DNA of 64,000 nt from the human T2T-CHM13v2.0 reference genome, Homo sapiens, in NCBI RefSeq assembly GCF_009914755.1, contig NC_060937.1; one strand, 5' to 3'. Below the pieces are notes generated by a model. The model was not told the origin of the DNA and ran no database searches. It was given only the letters and a program-made list of their open reading frames with translations. Positions 41,582 to 52,780 of this stretch are shown here, piece after piece (position 1 is the stretch's first letter; each line of letters opens with the position of its first letter). Both the position numbers and the translations under genes were made by a program.

Positions 41582-42715
41582 CTAGAATTTACAGAAACCA
41601 GGTCATGCAAGCCTCCTGGGTCACACTGTGGGGTGAGGCTCTGGAAGCAAGCATGAGGGAAGCCAGGCTTTTGTTGGAATACCCAACAGATGCGGGGTGA
41701 ATTCAACATTCTCTCTGCATTAATCACAGGACACTGCTGTGCTCTGTGTGGCCCTTGCCTGCTTGCTATCTCTAGCTACTAAACAGCATGAGTCACGTTC
41801 CCAGAATGTATTTGTAGCTCTGTTTTCAGGTCAAGTGGACAACTTTCCAATTTAACTGTGATAGACTTATTTCTCAAGTGCTGAACACTTAAAAGTCCCC
41901 AACAAAACAAAACAAATTAAAAATTACAAGAGGAAGAAGAAATCTGGCTGGGGTTGGAGGAAAAGGAAGGGAGAAAAGAAGAACAATATTTCTTGGCTCT
42001 ATCTTACTTTTCTAGAGCCAGTTGTAGTTTTCAAAGGGCATTTTAATACACAAGCATATATTGATTTGACCATGAATTTATAACCTTCTAAAATATTTCA
42101 TAAAAGCACCATTGATTTTTTTAATATGTATAATATAAAACATAGAACAATTACTGACACATTTTGTATTTTTTCAAACCCACCAAATCATCTACAATAG
42201 GTCCACATTCAAGTTCTAACATATGCTTCTGTCAATTCCTTATTACAAGGTTTACTGCATATTCTTGTTTTTATTTGCCAATGAAATAAAAGCAGAAATG
42301 TATTTGAAGAATTAAATGCTCTTTGAATGAATCAATGCTCTAAGTGGTAAGCTTTGCATCAGGCCAGAAGGTACAAGTGACAGCTGTTTCTGTGCAAACT
42401 GCCAGGATTATTTTATGGCAAGTTTATTTTTATTTCCTCTGTTCACAATTAATCACCCTTTACTTGTCTCTTTTTCCTTTCTTGGAGCCTGACTGCCTTC
42501 CCTGGAAACCAACTGAGAACTACAAATAGAGCAATGTTTCCTGTAGGGTCCATTGCATCGAGGCTACGGCAGAGCTCATGCCTTATGTCCAGGAGATCAT
42601 CAGTGAAGGCAATGAATGGGTTTTTCAGATATCACAAAGTAAACATGGAAGCTTCTGCAATCACACACTTAGCTCTAGAGCCAAGGATCCCCTCCTAGGT
42701 GAATGTGCTACGCAC

Positions 42716-42889
42716 CATGTCCAGCCGTGCTTGTTGGACATGGAGTGCTTCTCCATGATGGCCGTGAGGCGGAGCAGTGAGAAGCGCTGGAGCAGGCTCA
42801 GCTGGCTGGCCGTCTGGCTGCTGATGTGGGGCGATGCTGGGGCCGGCCGGGGCTGGTGCGACAGCTGGAAACTGTTCCATCGGAGTCGC
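42716..42889 (-). CDS. STARD13: STARD13 coding exon 6 (RLRWNSFQ...LLRLTAIMEKHSMSNKHGWTW)
   Basis: Acceptor ggtaaAG|G and donor TG|GTGCGT. 174 nt, phase 2-2, frame continuous with exons 5 and 7. Confidence 0.95.
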
Positions 42890-43189
42890 CTTTACCAGAG
42901 AGACCATCAGAGAAGCCAGTCACAAAGTGGACTTGGTAGCGGGAAACACGGGACATCACCAAGGTACACGCAGCTAATCAAGATAGCAGCCGAGCAAAGA
43001 AAATCGCAAAGCAAATGGAACAGAAGACACAAGTGTGCAGAATAAACATAGGACATGATTTTTCCAAGTCAGATAAATCTGGAAAAAGTCTTATTATCCA
43101 TTTTATTAGGGGGTTTAAATAAGTGATAGAGGAAATATTATGTTTGTTTATTCCAAATTTGTTCCCAAAGTGTTGAGAGCAGCTGAGAC

Positions 43190-43206
43190 AGTGTGTGTGT
43201 GAGTGA

Positions 43207-43243
<37 letters not shown>

Positions 43244-43562
43244 ACAGAGGGAGAGAGAGAAACGGAAAGAGAGGAAAGAGATGGAGACAGGGAGATATAG
43301 ACAGAAGCAGAGAGAGCAGAGAGATAGAAAAGAGAGAGACAGATGTAGATGGAGAGATGAGACAAAAAGAGATACAGAGGCAGAGGATGGAGAGACAGAC
43401 AGAGACAGAAAGATAGAGACAGAGCAAGAGACAGAGAGAGGGAAGACAGAGATAGAGCAATATAGACAGAGGACAGACAGAGGTAGAGCGATAAAGACAA
43501 AGAGAGAAAGAGAGAGAGATACAGACAGGGAGCAAGAAACAGAGAGAGAGAGAGGGAGAGAG
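43190..43562. repeat. (TG)n(GA)n microsatellite plus GA-rich low-complexity tract
   Basis: Directly visible in the sequence. Confidence 0.93.
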
Positions 43563-44260
43563 CTGTCGAATGTCTAGGGCTGTAGAAAATTTTCTCATTG
43601 TCTTCCATGTGTCTACACTCTATATCTTGCTCAGTATTGAGATGGAGCCCGAAGATGAGAGGTACAGAGGTGACACATCACTGAACCCCAAGACACACCC
43701 TTGCCTCAACCAGAAACCCAGCAGCACAGGGCCATTTTTCTATGGTGCTTCTGAAACGGTCTTTGTAGGTCAGCTTTTATGTACTTTGTAATTGGCACTT
43801 TAAAGCAAAAACAAACTTGCAGAGTACACATCTTAGGCCTCAGAAATTTCTTATAGGAGCAAAAAAAGTGTAAAATTTGGGGAAGAGACATTTTGATGAA
43901 CGCATCACAGGAAGGTCAGGGGAAGAGTCGGTGCCTAGGAACTGGGTATTGGTTATCCAGGATTCCCTGCCTATGGTGCCCAGTATAACGCTTTGCACAT
44001 AAGAAGCTCAAAATATTTTTGGATAAAACTAGGAACAAAATAAAGGATAAGCACAAATAAATATGAGTTCACATGGATTCAATCACCATGATACCTGTAC
44101 AGAAGTCATACTTCTGTTCAAATAATTCCTAATCACATACATCACTTAGAACAGAGTCAGGCATTTAGTAAGTACTCTGTGTATGTTTGTTAAAGAAATA
44201 AACAGAACACAATTACTATGAAATGGATGAAAAATCATTTCACAAGTGCATGCCACCTAC

Positions 44261-45621
44261 CTGTTTGGCCTGGTCAGAGAGGCCCCTACACCAGAATCCC
44301 TCCTGTCTCTGACCCCAGGAGGCTCAGATTCATTAAGAGATGTTACATCTCTTTCCACATCACTGGGTGTCGTCCGACCTTCTGAGACAGAGTTACCTTC
44401 AAAATCTAAGGTGATCTGATTAGGAGATGGAAAGGTGGATAAGCCAGGTTCCCCAACCAATGTATCATGAGTTTGCAGTTCAGGCAAGACATCTTTGGAC
44501 CAGTCATCGACTACCTCTTGGAGCCCATTGACATGCTGCAGAATGTCATCCAAGTGAGGGAAAAGGTCATCTTTCTCCAAGTCCAAAAGATCTCCTGTGC
44601 TGGCATACAGATGGGAGCCAGGGACATTGTCATAGATACTGACTCGGCTGGCTCTGTGGCAGGACGCCATGAGCCGGGGCTCCCTGGCACCAGGGACCTG
44701 CTCTCTGCCCAGGGAGATGCTACCGGTCCTCCAATTAACCCCATTGCTACTATCTGTGGGAGAGAGGCTTTCAATAGAAAGTGCCTTGGGGAATGTTCCT
44801 GGTTTGTGATCCTTGGGAATATGCACCACCAAATTCTCTTGGGAGTGAAACTCATGCATACGGCTTTGGTCCCCTGCATCCGGCAGTGCTGTCCCCGCCA
44901 GCACATCTAGGTCCTCCAAGTACATGCCCCCGCGCTTGTTGGCCTCGTGGCACTTGCGTTCCTTCAGGCAGGGCGTGCTCACCCCGCTGCTGCTGTGCTC
45001 CGACGGGCTGCTCTCGCCACTCGACTTGCCAGAGCATGGGAGCCCTTTTCTGCAGGCAGGTGGCGGCGAATTCTGGAGATCTCCATTTGGTATTTGGATG
45101 CACTGCATAGCCTTAAAGGACTCTGGCTCCTGCTGCAACATGGGCCCACTGATCACCAGGCCACCTGTCCGCCCAGACCCCTTATGCCTCCCGTGGGCTC
45201 CCTTCCCTCGGAGTGTTTCCATGCGTTTCAAAAATGATTTGGCCCTAGCCCTCGTGGGCTTCTCATTCTTGGGGTGGAAGGGGTGGTTGAGGACATCTCT
45301 GGGGGGCTGTGGGAGGCTGCTGCTGACGAGTGGGGCATCCAGCATGACCGGGTTGTCTGTACAGCACTGGCCCGGCTGGCTGCGACTGTCGCTGCCTCCA
45401 CTGCTTTCGCTGTGAATGGAGCAGACCTCAGGCTCGCTCAGGTCTGTGAGGACGCTCTCACTGCTGGTCGTGTTCCTCATCCCCGTGCCTCCCGGTGACC
45501 CATTTCTGTCTCCTCGAGGGAGCAGCGTGTAGAGGTCGTCCACACGAGACCACCTGCGACTGGTTCTTTGGAAAGTCCATTTGTTGCTGATACAAAGATC
45601 TTCCTCATCGGAGTCGTCACC
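44261..45621 (-). CDS. STARD13: STARD13 coding exon 5, large serine-rich linker (GDDSDEEDL...SIYDNV...LDDILQHV...RRDSGVGASLTRPNR)
   Basis: 501-aa ORF 44257..45762; acceptor ctgcAG|GGT; donor AG|GTAGGT; 1361 nt; DLC-family motifs SIYDNV and RRDSGVGASL. Confidence 0.98.
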
Positions 45622-46840
45622 CTGCAGAGCACCAAGGAAAATGCTCATTAGCAGACAGCGTGGCTGAAGCAGGAACTCTGGGTGCTCTGAGGGCAGCCCT
45701 GTGTGGTCCTCCACCTCCCTCCCCTCTGTCCTCCCATGCACAGGTGTGAGCTTCTTGGGCACCTCTAAGCTGTCCTTCTACCACTTGCACTGTCTTGTAC
45801 ATACCCTTCCTCCCAGTGGCCAGAGGACCCTTCTCAACTTGCCAAGCTTTCTTCCTTCCCATTTTCAAAGAGGTTTTGAATGCCTCCTTCCTTCCTCTCT
45901 AAGAAGTTTTCCCTGACTGATTATAAAGAGGGTATAATTACATCAGACTAGACGGTCTAAATATAAAGCACCTGCAGTCTTCTTTTTCACAAAGGAACTC
46001 AACTCTGCCATAAAAGGCACTTACTTCTTTCCAGAAACCTCTTCACTGAGCCCCGGGGACCATATTTCCAGCTTGCCCCATCTGAATCTCAGCTTCAGTA
46101 TATCTCAAAGCTAACACTCCTTATTTTAGTCCCCTGCACTTGATTCTTATCGTGTATTCCCTGGATAAGGTAACAGCAAAATGAACCACTGAATTTCTTT
46201 AAGTAGAGATGAGGGAGCCATTCTGGAGATCGCCATTTGTGATCCAATCCGGCTACTCTGCATGAGCGTCTTTCTCTGTGGAATCAACTCCGAGTCAGAA
46301 TGCCGTTGGCAGGACGCACACCTCTGTGTGGCTGCAGTGGGTCCCCGCGGCTTGGCACTGTCTTACACTTTGGGCCTCACACATTGACTCTAGGTGTCTG
46401 GTTTCTGCCTGAATTTGCAGCCCCTGAGAGGGGAGCATCTGCATTCCCTGAGGCCAGAGATGGCCTGGTTTAGCTTTGCACAGCCTTGGGCCCAGCGCAG
46501 ACCTTGACCTAGAGCATATCATTTCCTTCTGAAATAAACTGAATCATCGGATCCTGCTTCATCCTCACCAAGCACATCACCAAGACCTAATTCTGAACTG
46601 ATTTTCAAATCTGTTCCCTCATTCGTAATTTCACTCTCATTCTCTTAGTGTAGGCCTTGCCACCTCTCTCTGGATCTGTTACAGTAAAAATGTGGGAGAA
46701 ACCCTGTCTCCAGCATCTTCCCCATCTAAATAGCTTTCCACAGTGTAGTCCAAATCGAATCATATGATTTTTTTTTTCAGCTTAGAAGCCTTCTGCTTGA
46801 AAGCCTCCACTCTCAGTTGTTACAGGTGAAGTCATCAAGA

Positions 46841-46927
46841 GCCGGGCCTGCTACAGTGAGCCGTGATGGCACCACTGCACCCCAGCCGCAGCAACAAAGT
46901 GAGACACTATCTCAAAAAAATAAAAAA
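46841..46927 (+). mobile_element. Short Alu 3' fragment inside an L2 relic (~46500-47030)
   Basis: Contains cagtgagccgtgatggcaccactgcac...gagacactatctcaaaaaaa; flanked by aagagc. Confidence 0.8.
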
Positions 46928-47527
46928 GAGCAAGACCTGTGTTTCTCTGTTTCATTATTCATATAAACATATTTATTCATATGTATAGCCTGTCCAATGC
47001 CAAGGACATAATAATTGCTTATTTTTTGTGAATTGAATTAAATTTATTTTACTCTACTTGGGTGTTCAGTTTTAAGACCTGGTTCCAAGTGTCAGTGATA
47101 CCAGTTAAGAGCTAGGTGACTGTCCACAGTCTACTTACCCTCTCTAAAGTAAGTTTCTGCCACTTATAAGATTGAAGCGGGTCTTGCCTCATAGGTTTGC
47201 TGAAGAGAATAAAGAAGGTAGTGCATTCAGCAGTCCCTCACTGAGAGGTATTTGCTTATTTGTATCTTTCAATGTTTGTTCAATTGCCTACTAATCTTTT
47301 TATGTATCTAGCGTCCACTTTAACTCCCTTTAACCTTGCAGTGTGTTGTTTTTAAGGAAACCTAAGCAGATGTACAGTTAATCATTGTGGGGATCCTCCT
47401 ATTCTTGTTTATTCCTTCAAAATCTAGTTTCCGTGTAGGTTTGACTAAATGACAAACTTGAACATTCAAGTTTAAAGTGAAAGCAAGTACAAAGCCAAGG
47501 TACAGAAAAGAATTCTATGGCTTAGAA

Positions 47528-48045
47528 GTCAGGTGCGGTGGCTGATATGGTTTGGTTGTGTTCCCACCAAAATCTAATCTTGAATATTGTAGCTCCCATA
47601 ATTCCAATGTTTTGATGTGTTATGGGAGGGACCCGGTGGGAGATAATTGAATCGTGGGGGTGGTTCCCCCATACTGTTCTTGTGGTAGTGAATAAGTCTC
47701 ATGAGAGCTGATGGTTTTATAAGGGGAAACCCCTTTTGCTTGGCTCTCTTTCTCTCTTGTCTGCCGCCATGTAAGATGTACCTTTTGCCTTCCACCATGA
47801 TTGTGAGGCCTGCTTACATGAAACTGTGAGTCCATTAAACCTCTTTTTACTTATAAATAACCCAGTATCAGGTATGTCTTTATCAGCAGCGTGAAAAATG
47901 GACTAATACAGTGGCTCACGCCTGTAATCTCAGCTACTTGGGAGTCTGAGGTGGAAGGGTCTTTTGAGTCTAGGAGTTTGAGTCCAGCCTGGGCAACATA
48001 TCAAGACCCTGTCTCTTAAAAAAAGGAAACAAAAAGAAACAAAAA
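47528..48045 (+). mobile_element. FLAM/Alu monomer interrupted by a THE1 LTR
   Basis: gtcaggtgcggtggc [LTR] gtggctcacgcctgtaatctcagc...gaccctgtctcttaaaaaaa. Confidence 0.88.
47543..47910 (+). mobile_element. THE1 solo LTR
   Basis: TGATATGGTTTGG...GACTAATACA; perfect TSD GTGGC at 47538-47542 and 47911-47915. Confidence 0.95.
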
Positions 48046-49511
48046 AGAATCCTACAGCTTGAGATCACAGTGAAAAATGAGTCTGAGTTTTAAAAAAGTT
48101 GTATAAAGCTCTGATGAAAGAGTTTAGAAAGTTGTAATTGTACAAGTGGAAAAAGGGCAAGACTCCAGAATGATGACTCAAAATATACTTTCCTACTAGT
48201 ACTTTCTACTCCCTCTTTTCCTGTGATTGATATAATGAAAACTGACATATGAGGGTCATTTATACACAAGGTGCCATGATAGGCTGAACGTTGAACTTAT
48301 TGGATTTTTGTATTGCATTTTAGGAAGCTAGTGAGAAGTTGATATTAAATAAGGACTATGAAAAAGCCCTTTTAGCAGACAGTTTTTGAGAAGACAAAAA
48401 AAAAGGATATGCCTTTAAAGAAAATATAGATATTTTAAAACAGAAACTACAACATTTAGTGTTGGCCCCAACTACCTCTCTCAAACCTGGTTATGATGCC
48501 AGCACACCACATACTAGTTGGATAGGGACTCCTTTATTTAGGTTAAGAACACATGCCAAGCTGGGCACTGTGGCCTGGGAAGGGAAAGCCTGGCCCTGTC
48601 TGCTGGTCTCTAAGAGCTTATTATACTCACTTTGGCCAACAGGAAGATATTTACAGCCCAACTAAGGCATGTGAAAAAGTGGCAAACTCCTGGGAAAAAA
48701 GGAAAACAGCTCAGGGAAATTTTGCAGTATTTAGGTTGTTTGAACCAAAGCAAACAAACAAAAACCAAAGCAATAGAAAGCAAAATGCAACAGAGAAAAA
48801 AAACGACCAGTCTTCTTTGGCACCCTGTGCCTACAATGATCATGGTATGTTCCAAAGGGTATTGAAATGGTTGTGTCTGTTTCTTTCACTAATGATGGAT
48901 ATTTCAAACTATTTGATAGTGACACACAACAAAAAATGTATTTTCCATCACAACTCAGAGCATGCATACAGACTATACTAAAGCAAAAAAAAAAAAAGTT
49001 ATGCTTAAGTAATTATCCTTGTCTGTTTGTATTCTGATACTTTTTAATCTAGTTTAGCCTATTTTATTTTTTTAAATGTTGTTTGTGATCCACCAAATTC
49101 ACTTGACAACCTACCAAGGGGCCATGATCTGCAGTATGAAAAACACATTGCAGTAGAGTTTAAGGTTTTTTTACGCACTTGGGACGCAGCAGAGCATCAG
49201 GCACATTTCAGACTCTCCAGTGGTATTTATGGAAGTGTACTGATTGTTTAAAAGAGATTATCAGATTTCATCTGTTTGATAATTTTTGAGGTTAACAATG
49301 AATTAGTTTGTGATTATTTAGAAATGTAAAATGGAAATCTCTAGGAGTCAGATGTGTTTATAAAGAAAAGGATACATCAAACTAACTTTATTCTCCTGTC
49401 TCAGAAACCATGGACGTACCAGGGACATGGAGCATCAGAATTTCAGCAACACAACTGAAAATAGGTTCCCACGTTGTGGACAATGTGGCTCACTAGCTAG
49501 ATGCTACACAA

Positions 49512-49727
49512 CGGGGTCCAATCTTTTGGCTTCCTTGGGCCATATTGGAAGAAGAATTGTCTTGGGCCACACATAAAACACACTAACACTAATGATAGTT
49601 GATGAGCTTTAAAAAATGGCCAAAAAAACTCATAATGTTTTAAGAAAGTTTATGAATTTGTGTTGGGGCACATCCAAAGCTGTCCTGGGCCACATATAGC
49701 CCGTGAGCCATGGGTTGGACAAGCTTG
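49512..49727 (+). mobile_element. MER30 (hAT-Charlie)
   Basis: Runs ggggtccaatcttttggcttcc...ggaagaagaattgtcttgggccacacat...gggttggacaagcttg. Confidence 0.88.
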
Positions 49728-51168
49728 CTACAGAGAGTTTTGTCAGTAACTGGTTGAGTAACTCCTCTAAAGCGTGTGACTAAAAGACTGTAAATAACTG
49801 AAGGAAGCATGTCTCAAGGTTATGATCATTTTAAGAGTAACTTGAATGGGCCGGAACTCCTGTTTTTAAACTGTAAAGATGGTATTAGGCTATTTGCTAA
49901 GGGTTCTTTGAGACTCAGTTTTCAGAGTTAGAAAATGAAAACAATAATAACACATGTCTAGCATGATTTATCAACAGAACCAAATGGGACTATATGTGAA
50001 AATACCATATAAACCCTAAAGTGGTAGATGAAACTAGTTATTGTTGTTAGAGAATAGCAATATTGAGAAGTGTGTAGAGCTTAACAGAAGTGAAGGATGA
50101 CCTGTTAATAAGATAAAATTTCATAAAAGTAAAGTATAATGACTCTAACTTCAAAAATCAATTACAGGATCTTCAGGATAAAACGAACATAGTTCAACAG
50201 CCCTTCCTGCTATTAATAGTCTTGAGAGTTCTGGCAGATGTAAGCTTAATGTGACTTAACCATGTAATATGGCTACTGAACAAAGACACCAACCTTAGGA
50301 TGCATGACCAGAGCATAGATCCCAAGACTCAAAAGGTCAGTGCCCATTGCATTCTGCACTGGTCACATATATCAGGAACAATGAGTTCTTTCTAAGCGCT
50401 CCACATTTTAAGGGGTACATTTCTAGAGAAGAGTAATCAGAATGGCCAAGGATCTAAGAACCACAACCTCCTGGGGTGGACAATTGAAAGAACTAATAGC
50501 TTGATTTAGAAATGAGGAACTCTAGACAGTGCTACTCAGAGTGTGGTCAGGGGGCTGCCAGTCCCCAAACTTGCTCTTTAATGAGGTAGATACAGAAATT
50601 GAGAGTAAGAATTAAAACCATTTGTCACCATTTGAAAAGTCTGTGCTATCTGAGCTCACAATCAGTGGATTTGTCTTACTGAACAGGGTAAAGACCAGTC
50701 TGGGTGTAGTCAAATTCAAACGGTGAGTCCTATGAGTGACAGCTGCATGGTACTGGTGTGTGGTCAATCTGATTTACAACAAGTGCCAATTCAAGGTTAG
50801 TTTGCTTACCATAAACCAAAGTGTATAATGTACAGAATCCACTGTTTCACAGGTAATTTACATTTATAACTTTATAATTATAAGAATTGGCTAGAGATGA
50901 AGAACTGAAGATGAATTTTGGAAATATAGCATCACTTACCTCATTTTGAATAAAAGGTGAATGGAATACCCTAAAGTAGTAAGTGAAAAGGAAGACCCTA
51001 AACTTTTAACTTGCCTTAAAAAACCTTTCTTCACTGGTTTCCCTACGATGACTGGTACTCAAACAAAAGAATTTTAGATATACATTATTACCCATGAGTA
51101 ACATTGTTATCAATCCCACTTAACTTAGATAACAAAGAAGAAACTTGTTGTCACATTAAAAATCTTAT

Positions 51169-51462
51169 GGCCAGGCATAGTGGCTCACACCTGTAATCCC
51201 AGCACTTTGGAAGGCTGAGGCGAACGGATCACCTGAGATCAGAAGTTTGAGACCAGCCTGACCAACATGGTGAAACCCATCACTACTAAAAATACAGAAA
51301 TTAGCCTGGTATGGTGGTGCATGCCTGTAGTCACAGCTACTCGGGAGGCTGAGGCAGGAGATCGCTTGAACCCCAGAGGCAGAGGTTGCAGTGAGCTGAG
51401 TTTGCGCCACTGCACTGTAGCCTGGGTGATGGAGTGAGACTCTACCTCAAAAAAAAAAAAAA
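51169..51462 (+). mobile_element. AluS
   Basis: Full dimer; TSD atcttat. Confidence 0.96.
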
Positions 51463-51676
51463 TTATATATATCTTATACATTTGCAGTCAAATGTTTGTT
51501 CAAAGTGTGCATATAGGCATTTAATTTGAGGGATTTCTCTTTTAAAGTAAACTTTTTGTTCAGTTATGACAGATGAACAACAAAAATGGTATGAGCACAA
51601 TTGTGATTCTTTGTATTAATCACATATACGCACACTTTCAATAAAAATCTGAACAGTTTTTGTAATTCTTTTCTAT

Positions 51677-52359
51677 TGATAGCAGCAGGAGGCAGTCAAA
51701 TGCCTAGGCAAATAGGGGCAGCTTCCTGGTGAAACCCCACCCTCAAGCCAAAGACAGTTTGAAGGCTGAAAGTCAAGCTACAAACCCACAGACTGGATTG
51801 AGAACCTCTCTTCCCATTTGGCATGCTTTCCTCTGACTGATCCTCACCCTTCCTCTATTTTACATATACCTACATTTCCCTAATTGGTTTTTTACACTGT
51901 CATGCCCACCTTTGATTGGTGTCTTTCTTTTAGCTTTTTTGCACACTCATAAACCAATCAGCAGGCACTCCCCCATTCTGAGCCTATAAAAGCCCAGACC
52001 CAGCCACACTAAGGGAGAAAACCACCCGACTTCGGGACCACCCTTGCATCCCCTCTCCACTGAGAGCTGATGTGTCGCTCAATAAAAATTCTTCTCCACC
52101 CTCCTCACCCTTTAATTGTCAGTGTAACCTCATTCTTCTTTGATGCGGGACAAGAACCTGGGACCTACTGAACAGTGGGGTCGAAAGGGGTTGTAAGCTG
52201 CAGCCCTCCTTTTGCTGGCACCAAGAAGCAGCAGCAGGGCTGGGTCAGCCAGGGAGCCACAGGCCACAGAGCAGGGTGACAGGAACAAAGAAGCAGGGGC
52301 CCCTGCCAGGCACAGAAGTTTCTGGCTGATGAAGTGGGGTTGAGAAAAATCCTGCATCA
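51677..52359 (+). mobile_element. ERV1 solo LTR, MER50-like
   Basis: TG...CA ends, CCAAT 51954-51958, TATAAAA 51985-51991, AATAAA 52081-52086; flanks ctat/ttat. Confidence 0.82.
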
Positions 52360-52594
52360 TTATTTCCTGTTATATTTGTTTTGATTATATTTATCAGTAC
52401 TCACCTTTGTGTCAGTTGAGCCTAACAATAAAACATTAAGCCTTGTATTTTCTATAATTTGTTAAAATTAATATTTCTAATAATTCATTTGTATTGAATT
52501 TTACAAAAGTATCTTAGTCTGTGGCAGACTGGAAAAAAATAAAATAAGAAAATCAGTCACTCACCACTGACAGTTGAGAAACTGTTCTAGATTG

Positions 52595-52780
52595 AGCAAA
52601 GGTCTGCAAGTGTTGTCTGTATAGGACCATATCATAAAAATTTTAGGTGTATGCACCATAAGGTCTCTCTCTCTCACCTACTCAGCTCTGCCATTGTTGT
52701 GAAATGAATGGGCGTAGCTATTGATCCAATAAAACTTTATTTATGAAAGCAGGAGCAGCAGTGTGCTGATTCCCTGTTCT
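52595..52780. mobile_element. MER58-like hAT MITE
   Basis: Contains aatgggcgtagct..ccaataaaactttatttatgaaa. Confidence 0.7.

Larger units (their letters stand above)
50527..52584. mobile_element. Charlie4-like hAT element containing an Alu and an LTR
   Basis: Starts CAGTGCTACTCAGAGTGTGGTC and ends GAGAAACTG; both ends are flanked by TCTAGA, the Charlie-type target. Confidence 0.6.

Noticed and set aside
42978-43608. 206-aa and 156-aa Leu/Ser/Cys-rich ORFs and Arg/Glu-rich ORFs
   Set aside because: Artefacts of the (GA)/(CT) repeat tract.
44467-45498. Overlapping antisense and alternative-frame ORFs over exon 5
   Set aside because: Expected shadows of a long GC-rich coding exon; no independent support.
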